Shown here piece by piece: positions 1 through 9,404 of a stretch of 64,000 nucleotides of DNA. Position 1 is the stretch's first letter; every line of letters starts with the position of its first letter. The stretch is from a virus (taxonomy: Duplodnaviria; Heunggongvirae; Uroviricota; Caudoviricetes): IMG/VR virus record IMGVR_UViG_3300028797_000113; one strand, given 5' to 3'. The position numbers and the translations under genes are program-made. The notes beneath the pieces are model-generated. The model worked only from the letters and a program-made list of their open reading frames with translations. It was not told the DNA's origin and searched no databases.

Positions 1-57
1 GAATTTAATGCTCTGCCTATCTTCTTTGCTTTTAGTAACGACCAGTTCAGAGAAGCA

Positions 58-423
58 ATGGAAAAGCGAGGACTTACTGAAAAAGATACCGACAAGATAT
101 ACAGTTTCGGAATGGGCGGGTTCTACTTAAGGTCAGACGCTCAAATCATTCGTGATTATATGAACAAAGAAGACGAAATCAATGAACTTATGAACATCCC
201 GGACTTCGCCGTCAGCGCTTTCGAATATGAAATGCACAACCACGAATACGGAATTAACTGGCAAGGAGATTATGACGTCTGCGAATGCTTTGTTCCTTGT
301 TCCTACGGGGATTCAAAAGACTTCGAAGATTATTTGGACGAAGCCGGAAAGTCAGACTGGATTCCATTCTATGCACAAGCAAAAGAAAATTATCACAACT
401 GGGATGCCAACAGAGAGGAGTGA
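58..423 (+). CDS. hypothetical protein
   Basis: First complete ORF in window, same strand and tiling as neighbours; no motif recognised. Confidence 0.5.
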   Translation: MEKRGLTEKDTDKIYSFGMGGFYLRSDAQIIRDYMNKEDEINELMNIPDFAVSAFEYEMHNHEYGINWQGDYDVCECFVPCSYGDSKDFEDYLDEAGKSDWIPFYAQAKENYHNWDANREE

Positions 424-428
424 TAAAT

Positions 429-620
429 ATGACCAAAGAAGAACTTAAAGAATTTCTTGATGAAAAAATAAACGAAGTCTTCCTTGAGTATCAGACAAGA
501 ATGGAAATTGAGAGTGGGGACATTCATCCTTTGGAGGCTCTGGCTCTTGACGAACTTGAAGATCAGATGACAGATTTAATATTAAGAGTATGCGAACGCA
601 ATATGGGCGTTCGAGATTAA
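429..620 (+). CDS. hypothetical small protein (start moved to ATG 429)
   Basis: ATG directly after the stop of the previous gene (gagTGAtaaatATG); acidic helical peptide. Confidence 0.45.
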   Translation: MTKEELKEFLDEKINEVFLEYQTRMEIESGDIHPLEALALDELEDQMTDLILRVCERNMGVRD

Positions 621-630
621 GGAGAAGCGT

Positions 631-945
631 ATGAATGTTATGGTCAGTAAAATAATGGTAAATAAAATCAATGCTTTCTTCAAGAAAGTTGGAACAAATT
701 ATCACGCTGCATACGTAGAAATGCCACTTGATAGATATTTGTTATATGTCGGAAGTGGTTATGACAACAGGTTGGATTTTAAGCCGTCGATCAATATGAT
801 GAAAGCGATTAGAATTGAATATCCACCTTCAATGTTTGCTATGAACCGCTTTTTAACAACCAACGATTTGTCCAAGATATTTCATAAATGCGACAAGACG
901 TTGGATGGTTTTATGAAAGAGTTGTATGCAGAAGTAGAAATCTAA
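631..945 (+). CDS. hypothetical protein
   Basis: SD aaggagaag 7 nt upstream of ATG; 104 aa. Confidence 0.55.
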   Translation: MNVMVSKIMVNKINAFFKKVGTNYHAAYVEMPLDRYLLYVGSGYDNRLDFKPSINMMKAIRIEYPPSMFAMNRFLTTNDLSKIFHKCDKTLDGFMKELYAEVEI

Positions 946-955
946 GGAGGCGCTT

Positions 956-1210
956 ATGACTACTGTTAAGTTTTACCGCAACAAAAGAAATGAAAACAAG
1001 TATATCGAAGTGCATAACGACGGACATTATCACAACAGCGTAAGACAGTTTATGCTCTGGTCTTGCAGAAAATGGAGAACAGTTCAGTCATTCTGCAAGA
1101 ACTTCACTGGAGATGGACACTTACATCGCTGGAGAAAATGGCATTTAGATGAACTGCTCGAAGATTACGAACCAGTAACAAAAGAAGAATTACAGAATAT
1201 GATTATTTAG
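956..1210 (+). CDS. hypothetical protein
   Basis: SD aaggagg upstream; 84 aa, Trp/Cys/His-rich. Confidence 0.55.
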   Translation: MTTVKFYRNKRNENKYIEVHNDGHYHNSVRQFMLWSCRKWRTVQSFCKNFTGDGHLHRWRKWHLDELLEDYEPVTKEELQNMII

Positions 1211-1220
1211 GAGGTGCGCT

Positions 1221-1523
1221 ATGGCAAGTAAGAAACCGAAAGCAAAATGGTGGTATGTGTTAGTTATGACCGACAAAGGTCCGACATTTGTAACTTATTT
1301 AGGAGCAGACAATACTGCAAAATGGGAGAAAGATAAACCTCCCTACGAGATGGGCGAATACTGGGCTATGAATGTAGCAAAAGGATTAACGTGGAATGGC
1401 AATATCGCTTATGCGGTGAACAGCGAATTTGATATAACCCATCAGCCTTATCTCTACAGTATGGGACACTTTGAGTGGGTAAGGGAGGAAAAAGATGGTA
1501 ACGATGAGGACAAGGGAGAATAA
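1221..1523 (+). CDS. hypothetical protein
   Basis: SD aggaggtg upstream of ATG; 100 aa. Confidence 0.55.
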   Translation: MASKKPKAKWWYVLVMTDKGPTFVTYLGADNTAKWEKDKPPYEMGEYWAMNVAKGLTWNGNIAYAVNSEFDITHQPYLYSMGHFEWVREEKDGNDEDKGE

Positions 1524-1695
1524 AGGCTTTGAAATTCAGTTCTATGATTTTCAGGGCGATTCAAGTTACGTCGTTGCTTGTAAAGACACCGAGGAAGTTG
1601 CTCGGTGTCTTTCGCAATGGTGTTGGAGCAGAGTACACGGTAATTGTCCGACCGTATGGTTAGACGGAAAACAATGGATAGGTAATGCATTATGA
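1495..1695 (+). CDS. hypothetical protein (overlaps previous gene by 29 nt)
   Basis: SD gggagg 7 nt before ATG 1495; 66 aa Cys/Trp-containing. Confidence 0.4.
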   Translation: MVTMRTRENKGFEIQFYDFQGDSSYVVACKDTEEVARCLSQWCWSRVHGNCPTVWLDGKQWIGNAL

Positions 1696-1973
1696 TGAGA
1701 ATTTATTTAACAGAAGAACAGTGTAGCGTTGGTATTACTGCTTTATATGAAACGATTTCTATGATTCTCAACGGAGAGCTGAGGCCGAACTACGACTGTA
1801 GAAAGGTTAAAGTAGGAGATAAAGTAGAAGACGCAATAAGAAACTTTTATGAAAGAGAAGGCTGGGGACTGGCAGACATCAATATGGCGTGGCTTATGTT
1901 TGGTCCGAAAGCAGAACTCGAAGGATATGCCGTAGAAGTAGAGGACGGATGGTGTGACGGGAAAAGCGATTAA
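1692..1973 (+). CDS. hypothetical protein (possible partner of HicA-like gene)
   Basis: ATGA start/stop overlap with previous ORF; C-terminus overlaps the HicA-like gene. Confidence 0.5.
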   Translation: MMRIYLTEEQCSVGITALYETISMILNGELRPNYDCRKVKVGDKVEDAIRNFYEREGWGLADINMAWLMFGPKAELEGYAVEVEDGWCDGKSD

Positions 1974-2148
1974 CTCAAGAGAAGCCAACAGATTCCTTAA
2001 CGACCACGGATTCTTTATAGCGAGAGTCAATGGTAGCCACGCTATTTACAAGGACAACAACGGCAGAACATTTACAATGACGACTGGGGCAATATCTCAA
2101 AAAACTTGGAAACGAGAATGTAAAAGATTAGGACTTATGGAGGTTTAA
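1954..2148 (+). CDS. hicA: HicA-like protein (putative mRNA interferase toxin fold)
   Basis: 64 aa; ...GFFIARVNGSHAIYKD...KRLGL resembles the HicA GSH..Y core and C-terminal ...GL. Confidence 0.45.
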   Translation: MTGKAINSREANRFLNDHGFFIARVNGSHAIYKDNNGRTFTMTTGAISQKTWKRECKRLGLMEV

Positions 2149-2150
2149 AA

Positions 2151-2333
2151 ATGATTCACGACCAGTGTCCGTTTACCGAAGAAGATATTAAAAGAATTAA
2201 CCAAACGGAATTGAGAAAAGTAATAGAACAAGTTAAGAAAGATATGAACGGTCCTTTCGCCGGGATATTACACACGAAAGAAGAATATGAAAAAGAAATC
2301 GCGTATTTATCACAGTTTTTAAAGGAGGAATAA
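2151..2333 (+). CDS. hypothetical protein
   Basis: 60 aa ORF abutting the HicA-like gene; SD ggaggtt upstream. Confidence 0.45.
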   Translation: MIHDQCPFTEEDIKRINQTELRKVIEQVKKDMNGPFAGILHTKEEYEKEIAYLSQFLKEE

Positions 2334-2335
2334 CT

Positions 2336-2842
2336 ATGGGAAGTTTTAGTTGGATGAGAGCAGACAAGACAACAAAAAGAAGTAATTTAACAATGGGCGA
2401 TCCGTACAAGATACTTGTTCCCGAGGAATACGGTGGCGGTTATATTTATGACAGATATTACGATTATGGATATGTAAACCACGATGGTGATGCATATTAT
2501 GTAGACGGAAAAGGAAACAAATACGACGATATCGAAGTGATTGCCGATTTGTATGGCATACTTGCTTACTGGAACATGAAACAGTCATTAAGACTGCCGT
2601 TAAGAGCAAGGCTTAATGATACACGGCCAATAATGTTACAGATATGGATTGACGGAAATACTTGCGAGCAGGCAACAAGATGTATGGGTATTGATATTGG
2701 TTGCTACGACAACCAGATGGATGCATTAGATTATCCGTTAAAACTAGTATCTGCAAGTTACAAAGGCACTTACGAAGAATGTAAAGACGTAAGCCACAGC
2801 GATCCGGAACAAGGTTTTTATAAAACATATTGGGAGGATTAA
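2336..2842 (+). CDS. hypothetical protein, Tyr/Asp/Gly-rich
   Basis: SD aaggagg then ATG; 168 aa. Confidence 0.55.
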   Translation: MGSFSWMRADKTTKRSNLTMGDPYKILVPEEYGGGYIYDRYYDYGYVNHDGDAYYVDGKGNKYDDIEVIADLYGILAYWNMKQSLRLPLRARLNDTRPIMLQIWIDGNTCEQATRCMGIDIGCYDNQMDALDYPLKLVSASYKGTYEECKDVSHSDPEQGFYKTYWED

Positions 2843-2843
2843 T

Positions 2844-3086
2844 ATGAAAGCATTTAAAACTGCAACCAAAGACAGCAAGACTGGGTATGAATTGTATTTG
2901 TCCGAAGCCTCATACAATATGGCAGTTGAATGGTTAAACCTAAAAACAAAACAAACTGGTAGGTGTGTTTGGAAATGCAAAGCAGAAGATGACGGCTTGA
3001 TTCATATCTATGTCGGCAAACAGGAAGGCAACCTTGAAAAGATGTTCTTCTATGATGAAGAACGAGGATATTTATTAGGAGAATAA
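2844..3086 (+). CDS. hypothetical protein
   Basis: SD ggagga upstream; 80 aa. Confidence 0.5.
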   Translation: MKAFKTATKDSKTGYELYLSEASYNMAVEWLNLKTKQTGRCVWKCKAEDDGLIHIYVGKQEGNLEKMFFYDEERGYLLGE

Positions 3087-3097
3087 GGAGGAGCGCT

Positions 3098-3292
3098 ATG
3101 AAAGAGATAAGATTTATGATTAATTACGGTGGTTATATCGGTGCAGAAGACGAATATTCAATTTACGTCGACGATGACGCAACCCCGGAAGAAATCGAAG
3201 ACGCAGTCGAAGAAGAGTTCCTTGACTTGATTAGAGATAATTGCAGATGGGAATATATCGAAGACGAGGAAGAAGACGACGAGGAGGAATAA
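3098..3292 (+). CDS. highly acidic small protein (DNA-mimic candidate)
   Basis: SD aaggaggag; 64 aa, about 40% Asp/Glu, C-terminal EDEEEDDEEE. Confidence 0.55.
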   Translation: MKEIRFMINYGGYIGAEDEYSIYVDDDATPEEIEDAVEEEFLDLIRDNCRWEYIEDEEEDDEEE

Positions 3293-3294
3293 TT

Positions 3295-3495
3295 ATGCCT
3301 TTAACCACATCTGAAGTAATCATCAACTTAACAGAAGACATTGAAACCTTATTAGGATATATCAAACACGCTCAGGACGAAGGGTTCGATTTCGGAGAAA
3401 GTTTCGAGATGGATTTGAGCGGTATCAACCACGATTTAGAAGTCGTATATGATGAAGATTACTGCGATATAGAATTAATGGAGGACGACGTATGA
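3295..3495 (+). CDS. acidic small protein
   Basis: SD gaggagg then ATG 3295; acidic C-terminus. Confidence 0.5.
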   Translation: MPLTTSEVIINLTEDIETLLGYIKHAQDEGFDFGESFEMDLSGINHDLEVVYDEDYCDIELMEDDV

Positions 3496-3665
3496 CTCTT
3501 GGTAAATTCAGAGAAGAAACCGCGAATCTTTCGGATGACTACGAATTAGTTATGTGCATCCGTGCGAAAACTGGAGAGGTTAAAGACGTGGGAGCAATTA
3601 AAGACGTCCCGACAACGAAGACATCTCATGTGGACTTCAGAAAAGAAATCTATATATTTGATTAG
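3492..3665 (+). CDS. hypothetical small protein (57 aa, not in ORF track)
   Basis: ATG overlaps previous stop (gacgtATGa); fills an otherwise empty gap; ends with TAG. Confidence 0.4.
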   Translation: MTLGKFREETANLSDDYELVMCIRAKTGEVKDVGAIKDVPTTKTSHVDFRKEIYIFD

Positions 3666-3676
3666 GAGGTAGTGCT

Positions 3677-3976
3677 ATGTACAAAACAGTTATTTTTATC
3701 GAAACCAGACGTGATGAATATGGAGTAAGTCCGCTTATCGACAGAACAATGACAGCGGGCAGATTAATTGAAACTTTAAGTAACTTTGATGAAGACACCC
3801 CGGTCTTACTCAACAACGACAACGGATATACGTACGGTATAATCGACGAAGACACCATAACTGAAGAAGATGTCGACATTGAAGAAGATGAAGATTACGA
3901 TGAGGATGAAGATTTTAACGAGGGTGAAGCATACGAAGTTTTGCAGGATGAGGAAGATGAAGGAGACGAGGAATAG
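3677..3976 (+). CDS. acidic-tail protein
   Basis: SD ttaggaggtag; poly-acidic C-terminal 40 aa; ends with TAG three nt before the next in-frame ATG. Confidence 0.55.
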   Translation: MYKTVIFIETRRDEYGVSPLIDRTMTAGRLIETLSNFDEDTPVLLNNDNGYTYGIIDEDTITEEDVDIEEDEDYDEDEDFNEGEAYEVLQDEEDEGDEE

Positions 3977-3979
3977 CCT

Positions 3980-4330
3980 ATGAAAGAAATCACTTTAGAT
4001 GATGTTAAAGAATTAAGAAAAAAGTTTGACGCCTATACGGAAACGGCAGAGCAGCACGAGTTTCCAATGCTTGCCATTATTGACGGCAAAATGCAAGAAA
4101 CAATGATGAAATATGAAGAAGCCGGAGAGGTCACAAATCAGGAAGATGCCAGAGCAATGTTCAGAGTGGTGTCAAGAGTTATCGGAGAGAGTCCGAAAGA
4201 ATATATTGATACGAACGCAATGGAAATCTGTTGGCGAACGGGAGCATATTCTGATGACTGCATTTGCGATGAGTGTATGCACCGAGAAGAATGTTCCGCA
4301 TCCAATGTAGACAATGATGACGAGGAGTGA
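3980..4330 (+). CDS. hypothetical protein with C-terminal Cys cluster
   Basis: 116 aa; CDECMHREEC motif. Confidence 0.5.
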   Translation: MKEITLDDVKELRKKFDAYTETAEQHEFPMLAIIDGKMQETMMKYEEAGEVTNQEDARAMFRVVSRVIGESPKEYIDTNAMEICWRTGAYSDDCICDECMHREECSASNVDNDDEE

Positions 4331-4337
4331 TAAAATA

Positions 4338-4595
4338 ATGCTAACTAATTTACCAAGGGATAAATCGGTAATGGTTCCGGCCGCAGATTTGGTTTCCGAA
4401 TATGTACAGAAAAGCCGTCTTGAAGAAATAAAACACATTAGACAGAAGGTAAATAACATTTTGGGAGACGCCAGATTTGATACCGGGCTTGATAAAAGAA
4501 CGTATGGCATCATTAAGGCTCGTTTAGACACGATGTTTGAAGACAGGTACGAATCGATCAGGGAGGAAAGATATGGGACAGATAATAACTCTTAA
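4338..4595 (+). CDS. hypothetical protein
   Basis: ATG 4338 after SD-like gaggag; 85 aa. Confidence 0.45.
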   Translation: MLTNLPRDKSVMVPAADLVSEYVQKSRLEEIKHIRQKVNNILGDARFDTGLDKRTYGIIKARLDTMFEDRYESIREERYGTDNNS

Positions 4596-4920
4596 AAATG
4601 GAGAACAAAAATCTATACTTAATATGTCTGACGTAATGGACATCGTTGCATTTCATCTCGGAACCGAAATAACGGACTGCATTACAAGTGAATTTGCAGA
4701 GTGGGAAGCCGAACTTGAGTACGCTAATGATGTCAAAAAAGATTATGAGGATGAGTGCGGACGATATGCCACGGCAATATGCAAAGCACAAACCGAATTA
4801 GAACTTACCCTAAAGAAATTGACCAACTTCAAAGGCAACATTGCTCCGACAATGCAAAAAGAATATAGTTCACTGCTTGATGAAATTTCTCAGGTCAGAG
4901 ATTTGCTGGAGGAAACATAA
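4573..4920 (+). CDS. hypothetical protein
   Basis: SD gggaggaaag then ATG 4573; 115 aa. Confidence 0.5.
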   Translation: MGQIITLKNGEQKSILNMSDVMDIVAFHLGTEITDCITSEFAEWEAELEYANDVKKDYEDECGRYATAICKAQTELELTLKKLTNFKGNIAPTMQKEYSSLLDEISQVRDLLEET

Positions 4921-5075
4921 TGGATATATATATGATTGCTTATATAGCATTAATAGTTGTGCTTATCATAATCGGCTTTTCAATTATTTCATTCTTGACA
5001 ATTATATTTGTAGCGGTGTTGTTTATAATCTTATTGAGCATTAAGATTTTATTGAACATGGATGACGTAATATAA
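4920..5075 (+). CDS. small two-TM membrane peptide (51 aa, not in ORF track)
   Basis: ATG overlapping upstream TAA; sequence MDIYMIAYIALIVVLIIIGFSIISFLTIIFVAVLFIILLSIKILL is almost entirely hydrophobic. Confidence 0.4.
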   Translation: MDIYMIAYIALIVVLIIIGFSIISFLTIIFVAVLFIILLSIKILLNMDDVI

Positions 5076-5086
5076 GGAGGTCTGTT

Positions 5087-5539
5087 ATGAAAGAATATGA
5101 CATCAAATACAGAATGACCGGGGCTAAAAAAATAACTCTGGTCGCCGACTCTAAAGAAGATGCTGTCGAAGAATTGGCACGAATTATCAACGGAGAGAAA
5201 ACCGTACACGAAGAAAACAATTGGATCGATATGTGGTTTCTTCTGGATATGGAATGGGATTACGATTATCCCATAGAGGACGACATGGAAAAATTAAGAA
5301 TTAAAATAACCGAGCGCAGTGGTATTTATACTGCGACATTGCAGATGAGATACGCAGACGAAAGATGGTTTGATTCGGATGATTTCTACGGTAGAGGCAT
5401 TAGCCGTAGAGACGCTATGAGCAATTTAAGACAGATTGTTCGTAATCACATTGAATTTTTAAATCAAAATCTTCTGGATAACGACGACATCACGGTTGTC
5501 GACCAGAACGGCGGTCGGTTTGAAGATTACGAACTATAA
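5087..5539 (+). CDS. hypothetical protein
   Basis: SD aaggaggt then ATG; 150 aa. Confidence 0.55.
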   Translation: MKEYDIKYRMTGAKKITLVADSKEDAVEELARIINGEKTVHEENNWIDMWFLLDMEWDYDYPIEDDMEKLRIKITERSGIYTATLQMRYADERWFDSDDFYGRGISRRDAMSNLRQIVRNHIEFLNQNLLDNDDITVVDQNGGRFEDYEL

Positions 5540-5551
5540 AGGAGATTAATT

Positions 5552-5800
5552 ATGTATTGCTTGGAACTATTTATTTTAGGAAAGAAATCTTTTGAAATAA
5601 CAGTTGACTCACCAGACGAAGCGCTGGTTGTTAATAATGCCATTGCAGATTTCGTTGATTACGCAATGGAAAACGGAATTATATCCAAAGACTTTGAGTA
5701 TTATCCCCATCTTTCCGAATACGACGAAAGCATTGGAGAGTGGGTAACTTGGTATGATGAAGACGGACGTGATTTTAATGAACATTTTTCAGGAGATTAA
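5552..5800 (+). CDS. hypothetical protein
   Basis: SD aaggagatt; 82 aa acidic. Confidence 0.5.
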   Translation: MYCLELFILGKKSFEITVDSPDEALVVNNAIADFVDYAMENGIISKDFEYYPHLSEYDESIGEWVTWYDEDGRDFNEHFSGD

Positions 5801-5802
5801 AT

Positions 5803-5973
5803 ATGGCAAAACCAATACCGTGTGAAATAATATTTAATACCCGCTGGGGATATGAAATGCAGCCTATAAAATGTGCCAGCATTGCAGAGGCTTTAAGGGA
5901 AGCAAAGGAACAGGGTATGGCTTTTAGAATCGTAGTCAACGGAAAGGTTGTAAGAACTGGATGGTTCGTATAG
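5803..5973 (+). CDS. hypothetical small protein (56 aa, not in ORF track)
   Basis: SD aggagatt then ATG 5803; ends with TAG; fills a gap. Confidence 0.4.
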   Translation: MAKPIPCEIIFNTRWGYEMQPIKCASIAEALREAKEQGMAFRIVVNGKVVRTGWFV

Positions 5974-5983
5974 GAGGAACATT

Positions 5984-6214
5984 ATGAAAGCATATTATAG
6001 TTGTTATTATGACGGTAATGAATGCGAAAAGGCGATTCCGAAGTTTAATGACGAAGGATATTTAATCCCGGAATCCAATAAAGAAATCAAAAAGAAATAC
6101 TCTCACATCATTTCAGAACATACTCTGGAAGAGGGCTGGGATATTTGTGATAACTGCCCCAGAAACTTCTCTATGAGCGGTTGTTGTCACGGAAACTTAA
6201 AAATGGGAGAATGA
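5984..6214 (+). CDS. Cys-rich small protein
   Basis: SD taggagg; CDNCPRNFSMSGCCHGN C-terminal metal-binding-like cluster. Confidence 0.5.
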   Translation: MKAYYSCYYDGNECEKAIPKFNDEGYLIPESNKEIKKKYSHIISEHTLEEGWDICDNCPRNFSMSGCCHGNLKMGE

Positions 6215-6216
6215 TT

Positions 6217-6411
6217 ATGACAATTGAAAGCGCAATTAGAATGTTATGTGAACTCTATGGTAAGGCGCTAACAGATCAGAGAATTAACAAACCAATATCC
6301 TATGCCTTATATCATACGTGGGAATATTTTGACGCAAGAGAAGATAAAAAAGAAAAAAAAGATAAGCCGACTAAAAAAGACGAATTGCCCAAGACATTTT
6401 ACTTGGCTTAA
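6217..6411 (+). CDS. hypothetical protein with Lys-rich tail
   Basis: ATG 6217 after gggaga; KKEKKDKPTKKDE tail. Confidence 0.45.
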   Translation: MTIESAIRMLCELYGKALTDQRINKPISYALYHTWEYFDAREDKKEKKDKPTKKDELPKTFYLA

Positions 6412-6422
6412 AGGAGATTAAT

Positions 6423-6677
6423 ATGAGCGCATATCAAGATGATTTGAATGATTATGCTTACGAGTTATGGGCGAGCAGAGATGAAATGAACACGGACAGA
6501 TGGAGAGAAGACCTAGCGGAACAAGGGATATGGCTATCTCAAACCGGGCCGATTTACATAACAGACATGACCACATCTCATATAGAAAACTGTTTGAATT
6601 TCATCAAGGGAACAAAAAACGAAAAAGTTTACACACCCTTATTTAAAGCGGAATTAAAACGGAGAGGAGAAATATAA
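6423..6677 (+). CDS. hypothetical protein
   Basis: SD aaggagatt; 84 aa. Confidence 0.5.
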   Translation: MSAYQDDLNDYAYELWASRDEMNTDRWREDLAEQGIWLSQTGPIYITDMTTSHIENCLNFIKGTKNEKVYTPLFKAELKRRGEI

Positions 6678-6905
6678 ATGAATTTTGATTACAGAAAAGT
6701 CATACACGGAATTGAGTTAACCGAGAAAGAAGCAAAGATATTATATGATGCAGAAGAAATCTTAACTACTGCTCACAACAAATTAAATAATGTCGACGGA
6801 ACGGAAATAGACGAAGATTTAATTCCGTCTATTGATAAAGCTCTGTACCCATTAGCCGAATGTAATGCAAGACTTAATGTCCGTATAACATTAGGAGTAG
6901 ATTAA
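6678..6905 (+). CDS. hypothetical protein
   Basis: Translationally coupled (taaATG); 75 aa. Confidence 0.5.
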   Translation: MNFDYRKVIHGIELTEKEAKILYDAEEILTTAHNKLNNVDGTEIDEDLIPSIDKALYPLAECNARLNVRITLGVD

Positions 6906-6925
6906 GAGTAGATTAGGAGGTAATT

Positions 6926-7930
6926 ATGCAGGGCAGAGTAGAGAATGAAATAAAAACATTCAAGGCAGCAGACGCGGTGGTTAAAAGCCTTCCTCGGTTT
7001 GCAAACGAATGGTACTTCAATATGAAAGCGTCAAGAAAGACGGCATCTTCTTGCTATGACTTTGTTAGAAAAATCAGACGCTTCTTGGAATATATAAACG
7101 AAGACACAATGAGCGTTAATCCCGAGGACATAACTCTGTATGCTTGTGAAAGTTTTTTAATATCTTGCCAGACAAAAAAAGATGAACACGGAATGGAAGT
7201 TTATACGTCCGATTCTTACCAGCAGGGAATGTGGTGTGCATTAAACAGCTTCACAAAGTTCTTAGCAAAGAGAAAATATATAGAATATAACTACATGGAA
7301 GACATCGAGAAGCCAAAGAATAGGGATTTGGACAGAATAAACAGCGAAAGAGTTCTGCTGACCCAAAGAGATTTCAACAAAATTCTTTCTGCCGCAAAAG
7401 AAGGAAGCAATTATATGGGCGGATTATTGAGCAACAGAGATGTTTTGATTCTCTTGTTGTTTATGACTACTGGTATTAGAAAAACTGCACTATCAGAAAT
7501 TAATATCGAAGACATTAACTTAGAAGATATGACACTATCGGTTGTCGATAAAGGAAATAAGACGCACATTTACAACCTGAATGATCAAGTAGCAGAGTAC
7601 CTTGCTAAGTGGCTGAAAGACAGAGAAAAAATCAAAAAGCAAAATTCCCCGTCCGCATTATTTTTACAGAGAGACGGGACAAGGCTTGGCGACGATTCAA
7701 TATACAACATTGTAAAGCAAAGTTGTTATAAAGGAATTGGCAAAAAATTATCACCGCACAAATTACGTTCTGGATTCTGTTCCATCCTTTATAGCAAAAC
7801 TCACGATGTTGAATTTGTAAGACGTGTGGTAGGCCATTCTAATATACAAACAACTCAAAGATACATTAAGACAGAAGAAGAAGAACGCAAACGAGCCGCA
7901 AAAATTATGTCTGATTTACTTAACGTATAA
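6926..7930 (+). CDS. tyrosine recombinase / phage integrase
   Basis: 334 aa; C-terminal HKLRSGF ... VGHSNIQTTQRYI matches the tyrosine-recombinase R-H-R-Y catalytic region. Confidence 0.85.
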   Translation: MQGRVENEIKTFKAADAVVKSLPRFANEWYFNMKASRKTASSCYDFVRKIRRFLEYINEDTMSVNPEDITLYACESFLISCQTKKDEHGMEVYTSDSYQQGMWCALNSFTKFLAKRKYIEYNYMEDIEKPKNRDLDRINSERVLLTQRDFNKILSAAKEGSNYMGGLLSNRDVLILLLFMTTGIRKTALSEINIEDINLEDMTLSVVDKGNKTHIYNLNDQVAEYLAKWLKDREKIKKQNSPSALFLQRDGTRLGDDSIYNIVKQSCYKGIGKKLSPHKLRSGFCSILYSKTHDVEFVRRVVGHSNIQTTQRYIKTEEEERKRAAKIMSDLLNV

Positions 7931-7950
7931 ACAAGAAAGGTGGTGATGAT

Positions 7951-8658
7951 ATGATATTTACGGTATTAAGCATTCTGGGCTTGGATGCTTTCGTTAAAAA
8001 ACTAAATACGCGTAGCGGAAAATATGACGCGAACGAATATGGAGTATATCGCGACGGCAATGGAAACTACAGGTTGCAGAGTAACGGACACTGGGTCGTT
8101 GATACTTATAATGGTTTTGGAGAACACATTATAAAGAATGTAAAAACAGGTGAGACAGAAATAAATATCGACGACATCGAAGCCTATAAACGAAAAGCAG
8201 AAGCATTAAAAAATAATCAGAAATATTATCTTTTCCGGCCAGAACATAATCTGTATCATCACGTAGGGAATAACGAAATTAAGGGTCACAGATATGCAAA
8301 AGTAAACGGTCCGGGTCTATATGTGGTTAGAATAATTAACTTTAGGCCGAGCAAGACGGAAACAAACCCAATAATAAAATATTATTGCGGAGAGTTCTAT
8401 ATGGATATGGCTTATAACATTTGCGAAGAAACCGAAAGTTCCAGACAAAGAAACATAACCATTTATGGTAATCAATATAATGATATAACGAACTTTATCA
8501 TTAATAAGGCCAATGAACATATAGGTTATTTTGATAATAAAAGAATGTTTTTCGGTGCGAACAAACCGATCAACTTAAGCGGAGCATTGGAGGATTCTTC
8601 TAGGCTCGCGAGCGACTCATTAAAAAGAAGGAGGATAATAACGTGTACAAAGAAATAA
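7951..8658 (+). CDS. hypothetical protein (cargo, hydrophobic N-terminus)
   Basis: SD aaaggtggtg; 235 aa, no motif recognised; sits between integrase and ImmA-like gene. Confidence 0.5.
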   Translation: MIFTVLSILGLDAFVKKLNTRSGKYDANEYGVYRDGNGNYRLQSNGHWVVDTYNGFGEHIIKNVKTGETEINIDDIEAYKRKAEALKNNQKYYLFRPEHNLYHHVGNNEIKGHRYAKVNGPGLYVVRIINFRPSKTETNPIIKYYCGEFYMDMAYNICEETESSRQRNITIYGNQYNDITNFIINKANEHIGYFDNKRMFFGANKPINLSGALEDSSRLASDSLKRRRIITCTKK

Positions 8659-9392
8659 AGAAACCTACTATTCGCAAACTGAAAAAAGCACATAATAACC
8701 ACTTGAAAAATCCTAACTGGGATTTAGGACGCTACATTTTCGGCGCCGATTCCGACATCATAGTGCCGTGGAAGTACGCATATAATTATAACTTTGACCT
8801 ATTTAAAGAAGACGTATTGCATATATACGCACAACGGAAAAAGCGTGACGAAGAATTAAATCTCAAAGCCAAACAAACGATTCATACATCTATTATTGAT
8901 GGCAAGTATTATCATCTGGACGAAACAACCACGTCGTTTTACTGTATGATTTTTTACGAAATCTATATGGTTAATGATGTCAAATACTTTATGATGAATT
9001 TTATCACGACGCCCGGAAGTAAATATGACGATAAAAAACATTGCATCAATTATTGTGAATACAGCGAAGGCTTCCGTTCTTTAACAAGAAAAGAATATAT
9101 ACAAATGTCAAAAACGGAAGGCAATATAAATCACTCTTATCAAATGGTTCTATCAGAAATGCTTAAACATGATTTATATAATAATTTGGTTGATGCATTC
9201 TTGAATAAACCAATATCCGGGAAGTGCAGCGCAGAAGAAGCGTTTTACTTTAATGATTTGTTAGTCAGAGGCAGAACGGAGTTGAGCTTTGATGATTTGT
9301 CCGAAGACACAGAATGCGGAAAATATTTTTGCTTTGGTTTGGACGACGACTACCAGTATCAGGTAGAACATGACTTTAAACTTAGCGAATAA
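8643..9392 (+). CDS. hypothetical protein (cargo, Tyr/Cys-rich)
   Basis: GTG start after ggagg; overlaps previous gene by 16 nt; 249 aa. Confidence 0.45.
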   Translation: MYKEIKKPTIRKLKKAHNNHLKNPNWDLGRYIFGADSDIIVPWKYAYNYNFDLFKEDVLHIYAQRKKRDEELNLKAKQTIHTSIIDGKYYHLDETTTSFYCMIFYEIYMVNDVKYFMMNFITTPGSKYDDKKHCINYCEYSEGFRSLTRKEYIQMSKTEGNINHSYQMVLSEMLKHDLYNNLVDAFLNKPISGKCSAEEAFYFNDLLVRGRTELSFDDLSEDTECGKYFCFGLDDDYQYQVEHDFKLSE

Positions 9393-9404
9393 GAAAGGAA
9401 ATCT

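Noticed and set aside
1692-2333. Complete HicAB toxin-antitoxin pair
   Set aside because: Neither neighbour of the HicA-like gene shows the HicB RNase-H-like plus RHH/HTH pattern. Only the HicA-like fold is reported.
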